Part shown: one piece after another, positions 40,228-50,230 of the stretch
How positions within the stretch are numbered: the stretch's first letter is position 1
Layout of the letters: each line of letters starts with the position of its first letter
From: an uncultured Candidatus Marinamargulisbacteria bacterium
GTDB lineage: Bacteria; Margulisbacteria; Marinamargulisbacteria; CAZFTP01
Length of the DNA stretch: 64,000 nucleotides
NCBI GenBank assembly: GCA_964521915.1
Contig: CAZFTP010000008.1
Span: forward strand, 1,497-65,496
Direction: 5' to 3'
Made by a program: the position numbers and the translations under genes
The notes under the pieces: generated by a model
Seen by the model: only the letters and a program-made list of their open reading frames with translations
What the model was told of the DNA's origin: nothing
Databases searched by the model: none

Positions 40228-40272
40228 TAAGTATACCACTTTTTGACATTTAAGTATACCACTTTTTGACAT
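40228..40272. repeat. Tandem direct repeat (2 x about 22 bp 'taagtataccactttttgacat') upstream of the secreted 181-aa gene
   Basis: Two near-identical adjacent units are visible. On the gene strand each unit reads ATGTCAAAAAGTGGTATACTT, which contains a TGnTATACT extended -10-like element. Confidence 0.6.
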
Positions 40273-40521
40273 AATCTTTTTATCAAAAAAAAGCTGATTT
40301 TTTATTTACAACATGAGTTTGTTTCAAAATGAGAAATAACCATTTTGCAATTAGTTTTTTGCCCGCCCTTTTAACTCCGTGGACCTATTTTGTCTGAACC
40401 TCGATTCTCAGGATTTTAGGATTTTCTTGATTAATTTCTTTCTTCTTTTTTCTTTCTTCCCTATTCCTGTAAATCCTTTAATCTTGTAAATCCTGGTTCA
40501 GACATTTTTCTTAATCATAGT

Positions 40522-43266
40522 TCAAGACATTTCCTTAGTTACATAATTATTTCTATAATTTTCAACTTCCTTCAAAAAATATTTACCATAATATTTTGTA
40601 ACTAGACGTGTATCTAAAACATATATAGAACCAGTATCTTGTTTAGTCCTAATTAATCTGCCAATACCTTGTTTAAATTTTAACACTGCCAAAGGTAAAG
40701 AATAATTCATAAAGCTATCTTTACCTTCTGTGGTTAATAAATCCATTCTAGCTTGATGTAACGGATCTGAAGGTACTGGGAAAGGCATCTTCTGAATAAT
40801 AAGGCATTTAAGCAAATCTCCTGCTAAATCTACGCCTTCCCAAAAACTATCTAACCCAAAAATTACAGCCTGGTCAAACTGTTTAAACCGCTCCAAAATA
40901 CTTTCTCTAGATCCATGTATATTTTGGCAAAAAACCGTTGTAGGATAATTATTTAACAACTCTTTCAAATAATGATATGTACGTCTCAAACTTTTTTGTG
41001 CAGTAAATAAAACTAAAGTCTTTTGAAAATTTGAAGTAACAATTTGAAAAATACTCTGAGCAATATCAGCATAATACTCTTCTGTATCTTGAAATACTGG
41101 TAAATCTGTAAATAAATTAAACTCTGCCTGGTTATAATAATCAAATTCAGATGCCAAAATTAAAGTCTTAAAATTTTCAGTGATACCCAATCTATTTAAA
41201 AAATAATCAAATTGTTGATTAATTGATAAAGTAGCAGAAGTAAAAATACAACTTTTCTTTTGATTTATATAATCTTGAAAAATGTTTTTAATATTAATAG
41301 GCACTGAAATTAATTTTAAAAATTTTGCTTTATTTGTATTTTCTTCTTCTAACCAAGTGATAAAATTTTCCGGTAAAGCTATTTGTACTTCTAAATCTAA
41401 AATTAATTGTTTTAAAAAATCTTCATTATCAATAAAAATATGACACATGTTTTTAATCACATTATCTTTATTAAACTTATTTAATTCTTCAATAATTTGC
41501 TCAAAAATCTTTCTAATGGTTTTTAATTCTAAAATTAAATCATTAAGCCGATATTTTATTTCTGCAAAATTATTACCATTACCTAATTTAGCAGAAAAAA
41601 TAATTTGCTTTTTTTCTCCGGATAATATTTTGGTATCTCTAAATAATGTTTTGAGATAATCGAAAAAAACATTATGCTGTTCTTTTAACTCATTAATTTT
41701 ATCTTTTAAATAACGAAAATATTCTGAAAAATCACAATTTTTTTCAGTTACTAATCTTTTATTTACTAAGTCTATTTGTTCTAAAAAAACAGATTTATGC
41801 CTTAATGAAAAATTAGAAAAAAGTTCTTTTAAAGTAAAATTAGAAAAAACTTTACCAGTAGAAAAACCCACTATATCTTCTAAAGAATGTGCTTCATCAA
41901 AAATTATATAATCATATGCCGGTAATATTTTATTTCCATTAAAATAATCAGCAAACACTAAAGAATGGTTAGTGATAATTAAATCTGCCTGTTTTGCTTT
42001 ACGTCGCATTTTTTGAACAAAACATTTGTTTTTAAATACCCGGTTATCGTTATATTCAGAAAAAGTTGTAAAATTTATTTTATAATAAAATATTTTGTAA
42101 ATAGTGGGGTGTAATTCAGTTAAATCGCCTAATTTTGTAGTTAACAACCAATTAAATAACCCTAAAAATTCGATGGCATCATTTTTATGAAGACCTAAAT
42201 TAAACTCTTTTAATAAAGAATCAAACTTTCTTAAATCAAGAAAATTTTCTTTTCCTTTAACTAAAGCAAAGGTAAAATTAGGGATATTTTCACAACTAGT
42301 ACGTAAAAGATCTTGAAACATAATTTGATTCTGCAAATGCTTGGTTTTAGTACTAATAATAATTGGCTTCCCTTGCTTTTTAGACCAGATTATACTGGGT
42401 ATTAAGTAAGCTAATGTTTTACCAATACCTGTACCAGCCTCAACAACCCCGTATTCCGCATTTTGAAATCTTTCAAAAATAAATTCCGCCATATTGGCTT
42501 GGCTATCTCTTATTTCAAAATTAGTAAAATTATTATTTAAGGGTGATTCTTCTTGAAAAAAACTCTTTATATCTTTAGGCCAACTTTTAAAATTAGTATC
42601 TTTTTTGGGTTGAGAAATATCTTTTAAGCCGTTTAAATAATCTAAATAATTTAAACTTTTACCTTGATATATCTCTTGATAAAATATTGCTAAAAACTCT
42701 TTTAAAGCCTGCTTTTCCAAAGGTAAAATTTTTAAAGCTTGATTTAATATTAAAGGATTAATTTTTAATAATTCTTCATGCATCTTCAAAAAAATCTCTG
42801 CAACCGCTAATGCATCATTAAGAGCTCTATGGGCTTTTAAAAGAATATTAAAATTTTTGGCTAATGCGCTTAATTTATGGCTATAAAAATGAGGGTATAA
42901 AATTAAAGCTAATTCTTGAGTATCTAACAATTTATTAGTTAAAGAAGGGGACCCTAATCTTAAAAATTCTTGATTCAACATATCAAAATCAAATTTGATA
43001 TTATGCGCCACTAAAATATTTTGCCCTATAAAATTTTTGATTTTAGGATATACCTCTGAAAAAACTGGCGCATTTATTAATAAATCATCGGTTATACCTG
43101 TAAGTTTAGTAATAAATTCTACTAAAGGCTTTTGGGGTTTAATTAAAGTAGAATATTTTTCTACAATTTGTCCGTCAGCTATTTTGACTAAGCCGATTTC
43201 AATTATTTCATTATCTTTATAAGATAATCCAGTCGTTTCAATATCTAAACAAACAAACTCATTCAT
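40522..43266 (-). CDS. dinG: DinG-family ATP-dependent helicase with an N-terminal DnaQ-like 3'-5' exonuclease domain
   Basis: 914 aa. It has an N-terminal exonuclease motif (CLDIETTGL; HRALNDA), a helicase Walker A motif (GTGIGKT) and a DEAH box (FDEAHSLED). Confidence 0.8.
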   Translation of the reverse strand: MNEFVCLDIETTGLSYKDNEIIEIGLVKIADGQIVEKYSTLIKPQKPLVEFITKLTGITDDLLINAPVFSEVYPKIKNFIGQNILVAHNIKFDFDMLNQEFLRLGSPSLTNKLLDTQELALILYPHFYSHKLSALAKNFNILLKAHRALNDALAVAEIFLKMHEELLKINPLILNQALKILPLEKQALKEFLAIFYQEIYQGKSLNYLDYLNGLKDISQPKKDTNFKSWPKDIKSFFQEESPLNNNFTNFEIRDSQANMAEFIFERFQNAEYGVVEAGTGIGKTLAYLIPSIIWSKKQGKPIIISTKTKHLQNQIMFQDLLRTSCENIPNFTFALVKGKENFLDLRKFDSLLKEFNLGLHKNDAIEFLGLFNWLLTTKLGDLTELHPTIYKIFYYKINFTTFSEYNDNRVFKNKCFVQKMRRKAKQADLIITNHSLVFADYFNGNKILPAYDYIIFDEAHSLEDIVGFSTGKVFSNFTLKELFSNFSLRHKSVFLEQIDLVNKRLVTEKNCDFSEYFRYLKDKINELKEQHNVFFDYLKTLFRDTKILSGEKKQIIFSAKLGNGNNFAEIKYRLNDLILELKTIRKIFEQIIEELNKFNKDNVIKNMCHIFIDNEDFLKQLILDLEVQIALPENFITWLEEENTNKAKFLKLISVPINIKNIFQDYINQKKSCIFTSATLSINQQFDYFLNRLGITENFKTLILASEFDYYNQAEFNLFTDLPVFQDTEEYYADIAQSIFQIVTSNFQKTLVLFTAQKSLRRTYHYLKELLNNYPTTVFCQNIHGSRESILERFKQFDQAVIFGLDSFWEGVDLAGDLLKCLIIQKMPFPVPSDPLHQARMDLLTTEGKDSFMNYSLPLAVLKFKQGIGRLIRTKQDTGSIYVLDTRLVTKYYGKYFLKEVENYRNNYVTKEMS

Positions 43267-43730
43267 AAATTTTTACATAAAAAACAAAGGACATCTTTAG
43301 TTAAGACAAGCTTACATTTTGTACAAAAACGATAACCTTCTTTTATTTTTCTTTCTTGCTCCATTTTTATTTTATCCGCTAAATTTAATTTTTTATTACT
43401 TTTTAATGATTTATTATCCAATAAATTTTTATTTTGAGGTAGTGTCTCTTTTTGGTAAAAAACTTTAATATCTTGAATTAATGGTTTATTAAAAATTAAG
43501 TTAATTTTTTTAATTAAATCTTTTTTAAAAAAGTTTATTTCCGTAACCCATAAATAATTTAAAGCTTCTACATACAAAGTTTGATTTTTTAAATAACTGA
43601 ATTTTAAATCTTTTGCCAAATTTCCAAAAATACCTTCCCAATTAGCTTTTATTTTTTTAGCAATTTCGATATTAAATATAGTTTTTTTTAAGGATTTTGT
43701 TTCTTTTAGAAGATCGTATAAATTAGACAT
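43263..43730 (-). CDS. DUF721-type protein (the small zinc-ribbon-containing protein usually found next to recF)
   Basis: The start is placed at the internal Met (MSNLYDLLKE...), which overlaps the recF stop in the form ATGTCTAA. It has a C-terminal CxxC...CxxC motif (CTKCKLV...CFLCKN). Confidence 0.5.
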   Translation of the reverse strand: MSNLYDLLKETKSLKKTIFNIEIAKKIKANWEGIFGNLAKDLKFSYLKNQTLYVEALNYLWVTEINFFKKDLIKKINLIFNKPLIQDIKVFYQKETLPQNKNLLDNKSLKSNKKLNLADKIKMEQERKIKEGYRFCTKCKLVLTKDVLCFLCKNL

Positions 43731-44820
43731 GAAAAATTTCTCCGTTAACAATTTTAATTTTTTTAGCCTCTTTGAAAAACTGATCTGTGGTGTCTTGAAT
43801 AGTAGCATAAAATATTTGCGTTTTAGGTGCAATAATATCTAATAGTTCTTTAATAATTTCATTATCTAATTCGCTAAAAATATCATCAAGTAAAAGGATG
43901 GGGAAGATTTGCTTAGTTTCTTGTAAAATAATTAATTGACTTAACCGATACAATAAAGAAAAAAGGAGATTAATACCTCTTGAAAAAAACAAATTAATTT
44001 CTTTATTATCAATAAGAATACTAAAATCATCTCTATGCGGACCATATAAAGAAATTCCTAACATCTGTTCATGATGAAAATTATTATCAAGTTCTATAGC
44101 TAGTTTTTCTTGATAATTATTATTATCAATTTGTTCGGCAAAGTTCTTAAACTGATAATTAATTATTAGCTTTTTATCTTTTAATTTATTAAATCTTTTA
44201 AAAAAAATATTAATAGTTGTTTCTATTTTCTTTAAATATTGCAAACGATAATTGATTATATTGGTAGCTGATAAAATCAATTTTTCATTCCATAATTCAA
44301 TTCTTTCTTTTTTTGATTTTTCTTTTAATAAAAAATTTTTTTGTTTAATTATTTTCTGATAATCTTTAATAATTTTAGTATATTCATTAATATCATTTTT
44401 GATAAAACTATCTAAACTTAATCTACGATATTCAGGGTTATCTAAAAATAAGCGTAAATTTTCCGGTGAAATATTTTCAATCAAAATATTATTTTTTAAT
44501 ATTTCTATTTTCTTAACTGGTTTATTGTTAATTATTAAAAACTTATTATTATTTGAAGTTAGTTTGGTGTATACCCTTAAATTTTGATTTTGATAAAAAA
44601 AATCCCCGCCAATAAAACTTTCTTGCTCTTTAAAATTTATTAGATTATTAATGCTTATGTTTTTAGGTGAATTAATATTACCTAAAAAATAAATAGCTTC
44701 TAATAAATTAGTTTTACCTTGATTGTTTTCTCCAAAAATATAAATCAATTTTTGATTATTAAAATCTATTACTGTTTCTTTTAAATTACGAAATCCTTTT
44801 AACCAAATCTTTTTTAACAT
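43723..44820 (-). CDS. recF: DNA replication and repair protein RecF
   Basis: 365 aa. It has a Walker A motif (GENNQGKTN), an SMC-like signature and a Walker B motif (LLLDDIFSELD). Confidence 0.9.
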   Translation of the reverse strand: MLKKIWLKGFRNLKETVIDFNNQKLIYIFGENNQGKTNLLEAIYFLGNINSPKNISINNLINFKEQESFIGGDFFYQNQNLRVYTKLTSNNNKFLIINNKPVKKIEILKNNILIENISPENLRLFLDNPEYRRLSLDSFIKNDINEYTKIIKDYQKIIKQKNFLLKEKSKKERIELWNEKLILSATNIINYRLQYLKKIETTINIFFKRFNKLKDKKLIINYQFKNFAEQIDNNNYQEKLAIELDNNFHHEQMLGISLYGPHRDDFSILIDNKEINLFFSRGINLLFSLLYRLSQLIILQETKQIFPILLLDDIFSELDNEIIKELLDIIAPKTQIFYATIQDTTDQFFKEAKKIKIVNGEIFHV

Positions 44821-44886
44821 CTAAAAAAATAAGTTTGGGGTATAAAATATTTTATACTTTTTAGATATTCCCAATCTCTATTATCA

Positions 44887-46047
44887 TTAAGCAGGGCTAG
44901 CAACTACTTGTTCTTTTTTAGTTTCATTGACCGTATTTTCATTAGTTCTAATAGGCATAAGGACATAAATAAATTCATTATTCACTTTACCTTTAATAAT
45001 ACAAGGTTTAACATTACTATTAAATTCAAAACATATTTCATCATCTTCAATAATTCTTAAAGCATCTAAAAGTAGTTTGACATTAAAAACTATTTTGTTT
45101 TCTACTTTTCCTTTAGTTCTATTAATTTTAATTTTTTCTTTAAATTCTCCTAAATTTGGTGCTTGCGCATTAATAGTCAAATTTTCATCAATAATAAATT
45201 TGATAATATTATTTGATTCTACAGCCAAAATACTGGCTCTTTCACAAGCATCTAAAAATTCTCTTCGGGATATAATTAAATTATTTTCTGTTTCTGATGG
45301 AATAACTTGCTTATAGTCTGGAAATTGACCTTTAATTACTCTTGTTACTAAAATAAAATTATTCATTACAAAACTAACTTGATTTGGTGCAATGTTCATT
45401 TCAATTTTAGTATCTTCTTCAAAAATTTGACTAATTTTAGCTAATTCATTAATAGCTTTAAAAGGAATGATAACTGAAAAATCATCTTTTAAATCAGCTA
45501 CCGTTTTACTATTTAACGCTAACCTAAAACCATCTGTAGAAAGGAATAATATTTTTTTATTTTCACTTTTACAAAGTATACCGTTTAAAAACTGTTTAGT
45601 TTCATCAAATGAAACGGCAAAAATAGTAGTTTTAATTAGTTCTTTTAGATCTTTTAAAGTAAGTTGAACTTTAATACCTTTTTCAATTTCAGGAAAAACA
45701 GGGTATTCATCAGCATTAGTACCAAATAGATCAAAATCTACTTCCTTAGTTTTTATTTTAATTTTTTGATCTTGTATATTGAATTCTAAATTTTCATTTA
45801 ATAACTTACTAACAATACTACTCAAAGTACGCGCTTTTACTAATATTTTTCCGTTTTCATTATTATTTTCTATAGGCATAGTATATTCTATTCCCATTTC
45901 TAAATTATGCCCGCGTAATTTCAATTGATTACTTACTATTTCTAAAAATAAATTTTCTATTATTGGTAAAGTACTTTTTGCTGGTACTGCTTTTTCAACA
46001 ATATTAATACTTTTTTGTAACAAGTTACTTTCACAATTAAATTTCAT
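44887..46047 (-). CDS. dnaN: DNA polymerase III beta sliding clamp
   Basis: 386 aa with a three-domain beta-clamp layout. It lies between dnaA and recF. Confidence 0.9.
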   Translation of the reverse strand: MKFNCESNLLQKSINIVEKAVPAKSTLPIIENLFLEIVSNQLKLRGHNLEMGIEYTMPIENNNENGKILVKARTLSSIVSKLLNENLEFNIQDQKIKIKTKEVDFDLFGTNADEYPVFPEIEKGIKVQLTLKDLKELIKTTIFAVSFDETKQFLNGILCKSENKKILFLSTDGFRLALNSKTVADLKDDFSVIIPFKAINELAKISQIFEEDTKIEMNIAPNQVSFVMNNFILVTRVIKGQFPDYKQVIPSETENNLIISRREFLDACERASILAVESNNIIKFIIDENLTINAQAPNLGEFKEKIKINRTKGKVENKIVFNVKLLLDALRIIEDDEICFEFNSNVKPCIIKGKVNNEFIYVLMPIRTNENTVNETKKEQVVASPA

Positions 46048-46276
46048 TTTTTATATACCTCCTTATATTATTATTATTATTATTATTATAAATTAAATAT
46101 ATAGTAATAGTCATAGTACCTGTTAATTTGTTAATAACTCTCTTTTTTATTTTTATTATAACAAGTTTTGGTTTTAAAACTTGTTAATAACTTTATATAA
46201 AAAATAATAATAATTTACTTCTTAATTGTTATTAACAATTTGTCCACAATAATTAACAGTTTTTACACTAATTATT
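46048..46276. promoter_or_regulatory. dnaA-dnaN intergenic region with a DnaA-box-like site (TTGTCCACA at 46240-46248), repeated TTGTTAATAAC motifs and dyad symmetries. It is the candidate downstream half of a bipartite oriC.
   Basis: TTGTTAATAAC occurs at 46128-46138 and 46181-46191. There is a hairpin aacaagtttt-ggtttt-aaaacttgtt and a palindrome aattgttaTtaacaatt. There is a one-mismatch DnaA box. Confidence 0.5.
46066..46089. repeat. (ATT)8 trinucleotide microsatellite in the dnaA-dnaN intergenic region
   Basis: A perfect 'tattattattattattattattat' run is visible. Confidence 0.7.
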
Positions 46277-47617
46277 TTATTCTTCATTTTTTATGTTTAA
46301 AATTAGAACATTAATAATATTTTTAGTTTGATCATCTTTATCTAACATCAATTTTATTTTATCACAAGAATGCATAACAGTAGTATGATCTCTGTTGCCA
46401 AAATTTTCACCAATTTTTGGTAAAGAAACATTAGTTAATTCTCTAGTTAAATACATACAAATTTGTCTAGCATAAACTAATTCTTTAGACCTATCTTTAG
46501 AAGATAAGTCATTTTCTGGTATTTGAAAATATTCGGCAACCTTTCTTTTAATTGTTGCAATAGTTAAAGGTTTTTCTGCTTTTATACCAATCATGTCTTT
46601 TATAACATTACTGGCGATAGATAAAGTAACATTTGTTTGTAATAAAGAGGCATAAGCCACAATTCTGGTTAGGGCGCCTTCCATTTCTCTAACATTATGA
46701 GGAATTTGGCTGGCAATATAATGTAGTATTTCATCGGAAATATTAAAATTATTTATTTCTATTTTTTTTCTCAAAATAGCAATTCTGGTTTCTAATTCAG
46801 GTGGTTGAATATCAGCAATTAATCCCCAGCCAAAGCGAGTTCTTAACCTTTCTTCTAAAGTAGGTATATCTTTTGGCGGTCTATCTGAAGTAATAACAAT
46901 TTGTTTATTCTTACCATGGAGTTCATTAAAAGTATGAAAAAATTCCTCCTGAGTTTGTTCTTTTCCAGCTAAAAATTGAATATCATCAACTAAGAGAATA
47001 TCAACTTTACGATATTTATCTCTAAAATTTCCGGTTTTTTTATCTTTTATGGAATTAATTAAATCATTAGTGAATTTTTCAGAAGAAACGCAACTAATTT
47101 TTAATTTTGGATGCATTTCTTTTATCTTCAAACCGATCGCATGTAAAAGATGCGTTTTCCCTAACCCTACAGAACCATAAATAAAGAGTGGATTATAAGC
47201 TTTAGCCGGTGCTTTTACGACAGCTTCTGAAGCGGCATATGCGAAACGATTGTTAATTCCGACAATAAAATTTTCAAAAGTATATTTATGGTTTAATAAT
47301 ATTTCCTCATCTTTTTCTTTTTGATTTTTATTAAAAGGTAAAGATATTTGGTTTTCTTCAGTTTGTTTAAATTCATCTTTAACTAAATAATCAAAAATAA
47401 TAGTGTTATTAAAAAAGTTTTTAAGGTAATCTCTTAAAACCGGTTCACATTTCTCCCTGATCCATTCCTTTGAGAAGCTATTAATAACTTCAATTTGCAT
47501 AACATTGTCAAAAAAAGAAACAGGTTTTGCAGATGACAAAAATGTTTGGTAACCGGGATTAGAAAGATGATCATTCAAACAAGTTAAGATGTTTGTCCAT
47601 ACTAATTCTTTGTTCAT
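46277..47617 (-). CDS. dnaA: Chromosomal replication initiator protein DnaA
   Basis: 446 aa. It has a Walker A motif (GSVGLGKTHLL), a Walker B motif (LLVDDIQFL) and a C-terminal helix-turn-helix DNA-binding domain. Confidence 0.95.
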   Translation of the reverse strand: MNKELVWTNILTCLNDHLSNPGYQTFLSSAKPVSFFDNVMQIEVINSFSKEWIREKCEPVLRDYLKNFFNNTIIFDYLVKDEFKQTEENQISLPFNKNQKEKDEEILLNHKYTFENFIVGINNRFAYAASEAVVKAPAKAYNPLFIYGSVGLGKTHLLHAIGLKIKEMHPKLKISCVSSEKFTNDLINSIKDKKTGNFRDKYRKVDILLVDDIQFLAGKEQTQEEFFHTFNELHGKNKQIVITSDRPPKDIPTLEERLRTRFGWGLIADIQPPELETRIAILRKKIEINNFNISDEILHYIASQIPHNVREMEGALTRIVAYASLLQTNVTLSIASNVIKDMIGIKAEKPLTIATIKRKVAEYFQIPENDLSSKDRSKELVYARQICMYLTRELTNVSLPKIGENFGNRDHTTVMHSCDKIKLMLDKDDQTKNIINVLILNIKNEE

Positions 47618-48153
47618 AAATATTTCCTGGTAAATTGTTATTATACTATAATTATTAATAAAGTAAAATTATTTATTTTTATGGTTTGAAATTATCTATT
47701 TTATTATTTTAAGTATTTTTATGCACAGTTTTTCCACAGGAAAAATTTTGTGGTAACAACGATATAAAATAACCTCATAAGTTTAAATTTACGAACAAAT
47801 TTATATTTAATAATAAACGATGGGTTTTTACTATGTTAAGCATAAAAAAGAGTTTCCACATAGTTTTCCACAATACGGTGAAATAAATGTGGATAATTAA
47901 TTTTATGTTTGTACTTATTGGTGGTAATCATAAATATAAAAAATAATTTACTATAATGGAAGTTTAATGGAAGCAAGGAGATTAGTTGATCAATCAACAA
48001 TAATAATCGGGGAAATAGATATCCATTCTACAAATTTTATTTAAAATAGTGCTTACCAAGAATTTTAGATTGGGTAAATCATTAAAAAATTTTTGTATAA
48101 TACTTAAAATTATTTGCTATAATTAAACAAATATTAGTTCAAAAGAGGTAAAA
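47618..48153. promoter_or_regulatory. Candidate oriC (upstream half). It is a 536-bp AT-rich intergenic region with DnaA boxes.
   Basis: There is a perfect DnaA box, TTATCCACA, on the minus strand at 47888-47896. One-mismatch boxes TTTTCCACA lie at 47730-47738 and 47864-47872, and TTTCCACAT lies at about 47853-47861. The region is very AT-rich throughout. Confidence 0.7.
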
Positions 48154-49419
48154 ATGAAAAAATTAATATTAGTAGCATTTTTTTCTTTTATTATAATGAT
48201 TTTATTAATAGGTGGTTGCGGAAGGACACAAGTTGGTCCAGCTGAACCAAAACAATGGACAGTTATGTTTTATGCCGCAGGTGATAATGATTTAGAACAA
48301 GCTATTTTAAATAATATTATTGAATTACAAAAAGCTGGTTCAACTAATCAGGTAAATATTATTGCCCAAACTGATTGGTGGCATCATAAAGGTGATGCAG
48401 GTACTTTAATTCCCGGGGAAAGTGTAGGTAGATGGTATATTGAAAAAAGTGATAGCATAACCAGTATTACTTCAAGATTAGATGAGACTGTTACAGAAAT
48501 TAATACTGCTTCAGCAGATGCAATTAAAAACTTTGTTATTTGGACGGCGCAACGTTATCCTGCACAGCATTATATGTTAGTTATTAGTTCGCACGGTGGC
48601 GGTTGGCGGAGTTATAATCCATTAAACGCTCAGGGTGTTGGGCAAGATTATACTACTGACCCAACTAAACAATTGATTATTTCAGTACCGGAAATAAAAG
48701 CGGTTTTACCAGCCATGAAAACTGCTCTTGGTAAAAATATTGATCTTCTGGTTCTGGATTCTTGTAATAACGGAGCTATTGAACTTGCTTATGAATTTAA
48801 AGATTATGTTGATTTTTTGGTGGCATCAGAAGAAACTATCCCCGGGACAGGTTTACCGTGGGATCAAATCTCTGTAAATTTAGTATCTAACCCTACTACG
48901 GCAATAGTAGATATTGCTAAAGATATGGTTAATAAATATTATAATTTTTATTACCAAAAATATAATACAACTTTATCAGCAATTGATTTATCCAAAATAT
49001 CTGCTTTGGCTGACGAGGTAAAAGCTTTAGTTCTGCTTTATAATACTACAGCTAAAGATACGGCTTTTACCAATTTAGTGAATACGCATACAGGTGATAA
49101 TTATACTATTCAGCGTTATCATGATGTTACGTTTAGAGATCTTTGGCATATGGCAGATAAAATTATCGCGGATAAAAGCTCTGACCCAAATTATGCTGAT
49201 ATTGTTGCTAAATGCACGGATATAAAAACTGCTGTAGAACAAGCGGTGGTGTTATCTAAATATACTACAGGGGCTAATATAAAATACACCATTACCAATT
49301 CATATGGACTTTCAATTTATATTCCTACTAATGGAACTATTGAATATGATACCAGTTATGATAATTTAACTTTTACTAGCTATACTGGCTGGGGAACGTT
49401 TTTAAAAAGATTACCATGA
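48154..49419 (+). CDS. Clostripain-family (C11) cysteine peptidase lipoprotein
   Basis: 421 aa. It has a signal peptide with a lipobox (LIGGC). The catalytic His is in VISSHGGGW and the catalytic Cys is in LDSCNNG, as in the C11 His-Cys dyad. Confidence 0.7.
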   Translation: MKKLILVAFFSFIIMILLIGGCGRTQVGPAEPKQWTVMFYAAGDNDLEQAILNNIIELQKAGSTNQVNIIAQTDWWHHKGDAGTLIPGESVGRWYIEKSDSITSITSRLDETVTEINTASADAIKNFVIWTAQRYPAQHYMLVISSHGGGWRSYNPLNAQGVGQDYTTDPTKQLIISVPEIKAVLPAMKTALGKNIDLLVLDSCNNGAIELAYEFKDYVDFLVASEETIPGTGLPWDQISVNLVSNPTTAIVDIAKDMVNKYYNFYYQKYNTTLSAIDLSKISALADEVKALVLLYNTTAKDTAFTNLVNTHTGDNYTIQRYHDVTFRDLWHMADKIIADKSSDPNYADIVAKCTDIKTAVEQAVVLSKYTTGANIKYTITNSYGLSIYIPTNGTIEYDTSYDNLTFTSYTGWGTFLKRLP

Positions 49420-49435
49420 GAAGCGTTACCAGGCG

Positions 49436-50110
49436 TTAAGAATAATCTAAGATAGTGTTTTTAAGAATTACATCTAAATCTTTAACTTTTTCCGCGAAAT
49501 CTGCGGTAGCTTGCATAAACGTCATTAATTCTTTTTTTTCTTTTGAGTTAAGATCATTTTTGTATTTATTTAGAATGATACTGCTTAAGTAAATTGGAGT
49601 AAGCGCATTTCTAAATTCATGATTTAGAGAATGAAATAAATCATTAAAAAGTTGTTTTTTTTCGTTTAATAAGTAATTGGCAGTAGCTTTTTTAGGGTTT
49701 TCTTTTAATAATTGTTTTTTTAATAAGAGAAAATTTTCTAAAAATTTTAATTTTTCTTTAATTAACGAAACTGGTAAGGGATCAGTGATAATTTGTGTTG
49801 GTAAAATTAATTGGTCTAAAAACTGAAAATTATTAATTTTTTCCGATTTAGATATAATTAACAATAAGCAAGCGGAATCATAAATTTTTTGACCTATAAT
49901 TATTTTGTTTATAACATTCAGTAAATTTTTATCATTATGGAAAAAAATAAAACAATAATTTTTTTGTTGAGAAAAAGAGGTTTTTTTTAATTCAGGTAAA
50001 TTTAATATTTCTATAGCATAATTTAAGTTGCTAAAATAATTCAGCAGTAATTTTGGATATATTTTGTTAATTTTAGTTACTAAAATTAATTCTAAATTAC
50101 GTATCAACAT
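49436..50110 (-). CDS. HisKA-domain-only protein, with a phospho-acceptor H-box but no ATPase domain
   Basis: 224 aa. The segment LFHSLNHEFRNALTPIYLSSIIL matches the HisKA H-box (hElRtPLt). No HATPase_c region follows. The N-terminal region is weakly receiver-like. Confidence 0.45.
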   Translation of the reverse strand: MLIRNLELILVTKINKIYPKLLLNYFSNLNYAIEILNLPELKKTSFSQQKNYCFIFFHNDKNLLNVINKIIIGQKIYDSACLLLIISKSEKINNFQFLDQLILPTQIITDPLPVSLIKEKLKFLENFLLLKKQLLKENPKKATANYLLNEKKQLFNDLFHSLNHEFRNALTPIYLSSIILNKYKNDLNSKEKKELMTFMQATADFAEKVKDLDVILKNTILDYS

Positions 50111-50230
50111 TGTATCCCCTTAAAAATACACATAATAGTAGATAATTGTAAAAACTGCAATTTTAACAATAATTTAACGATAATGTGCTAGAAACGTAAA
50201 AACCTGGATAAAAACAGGGGGGGGGTAAAC

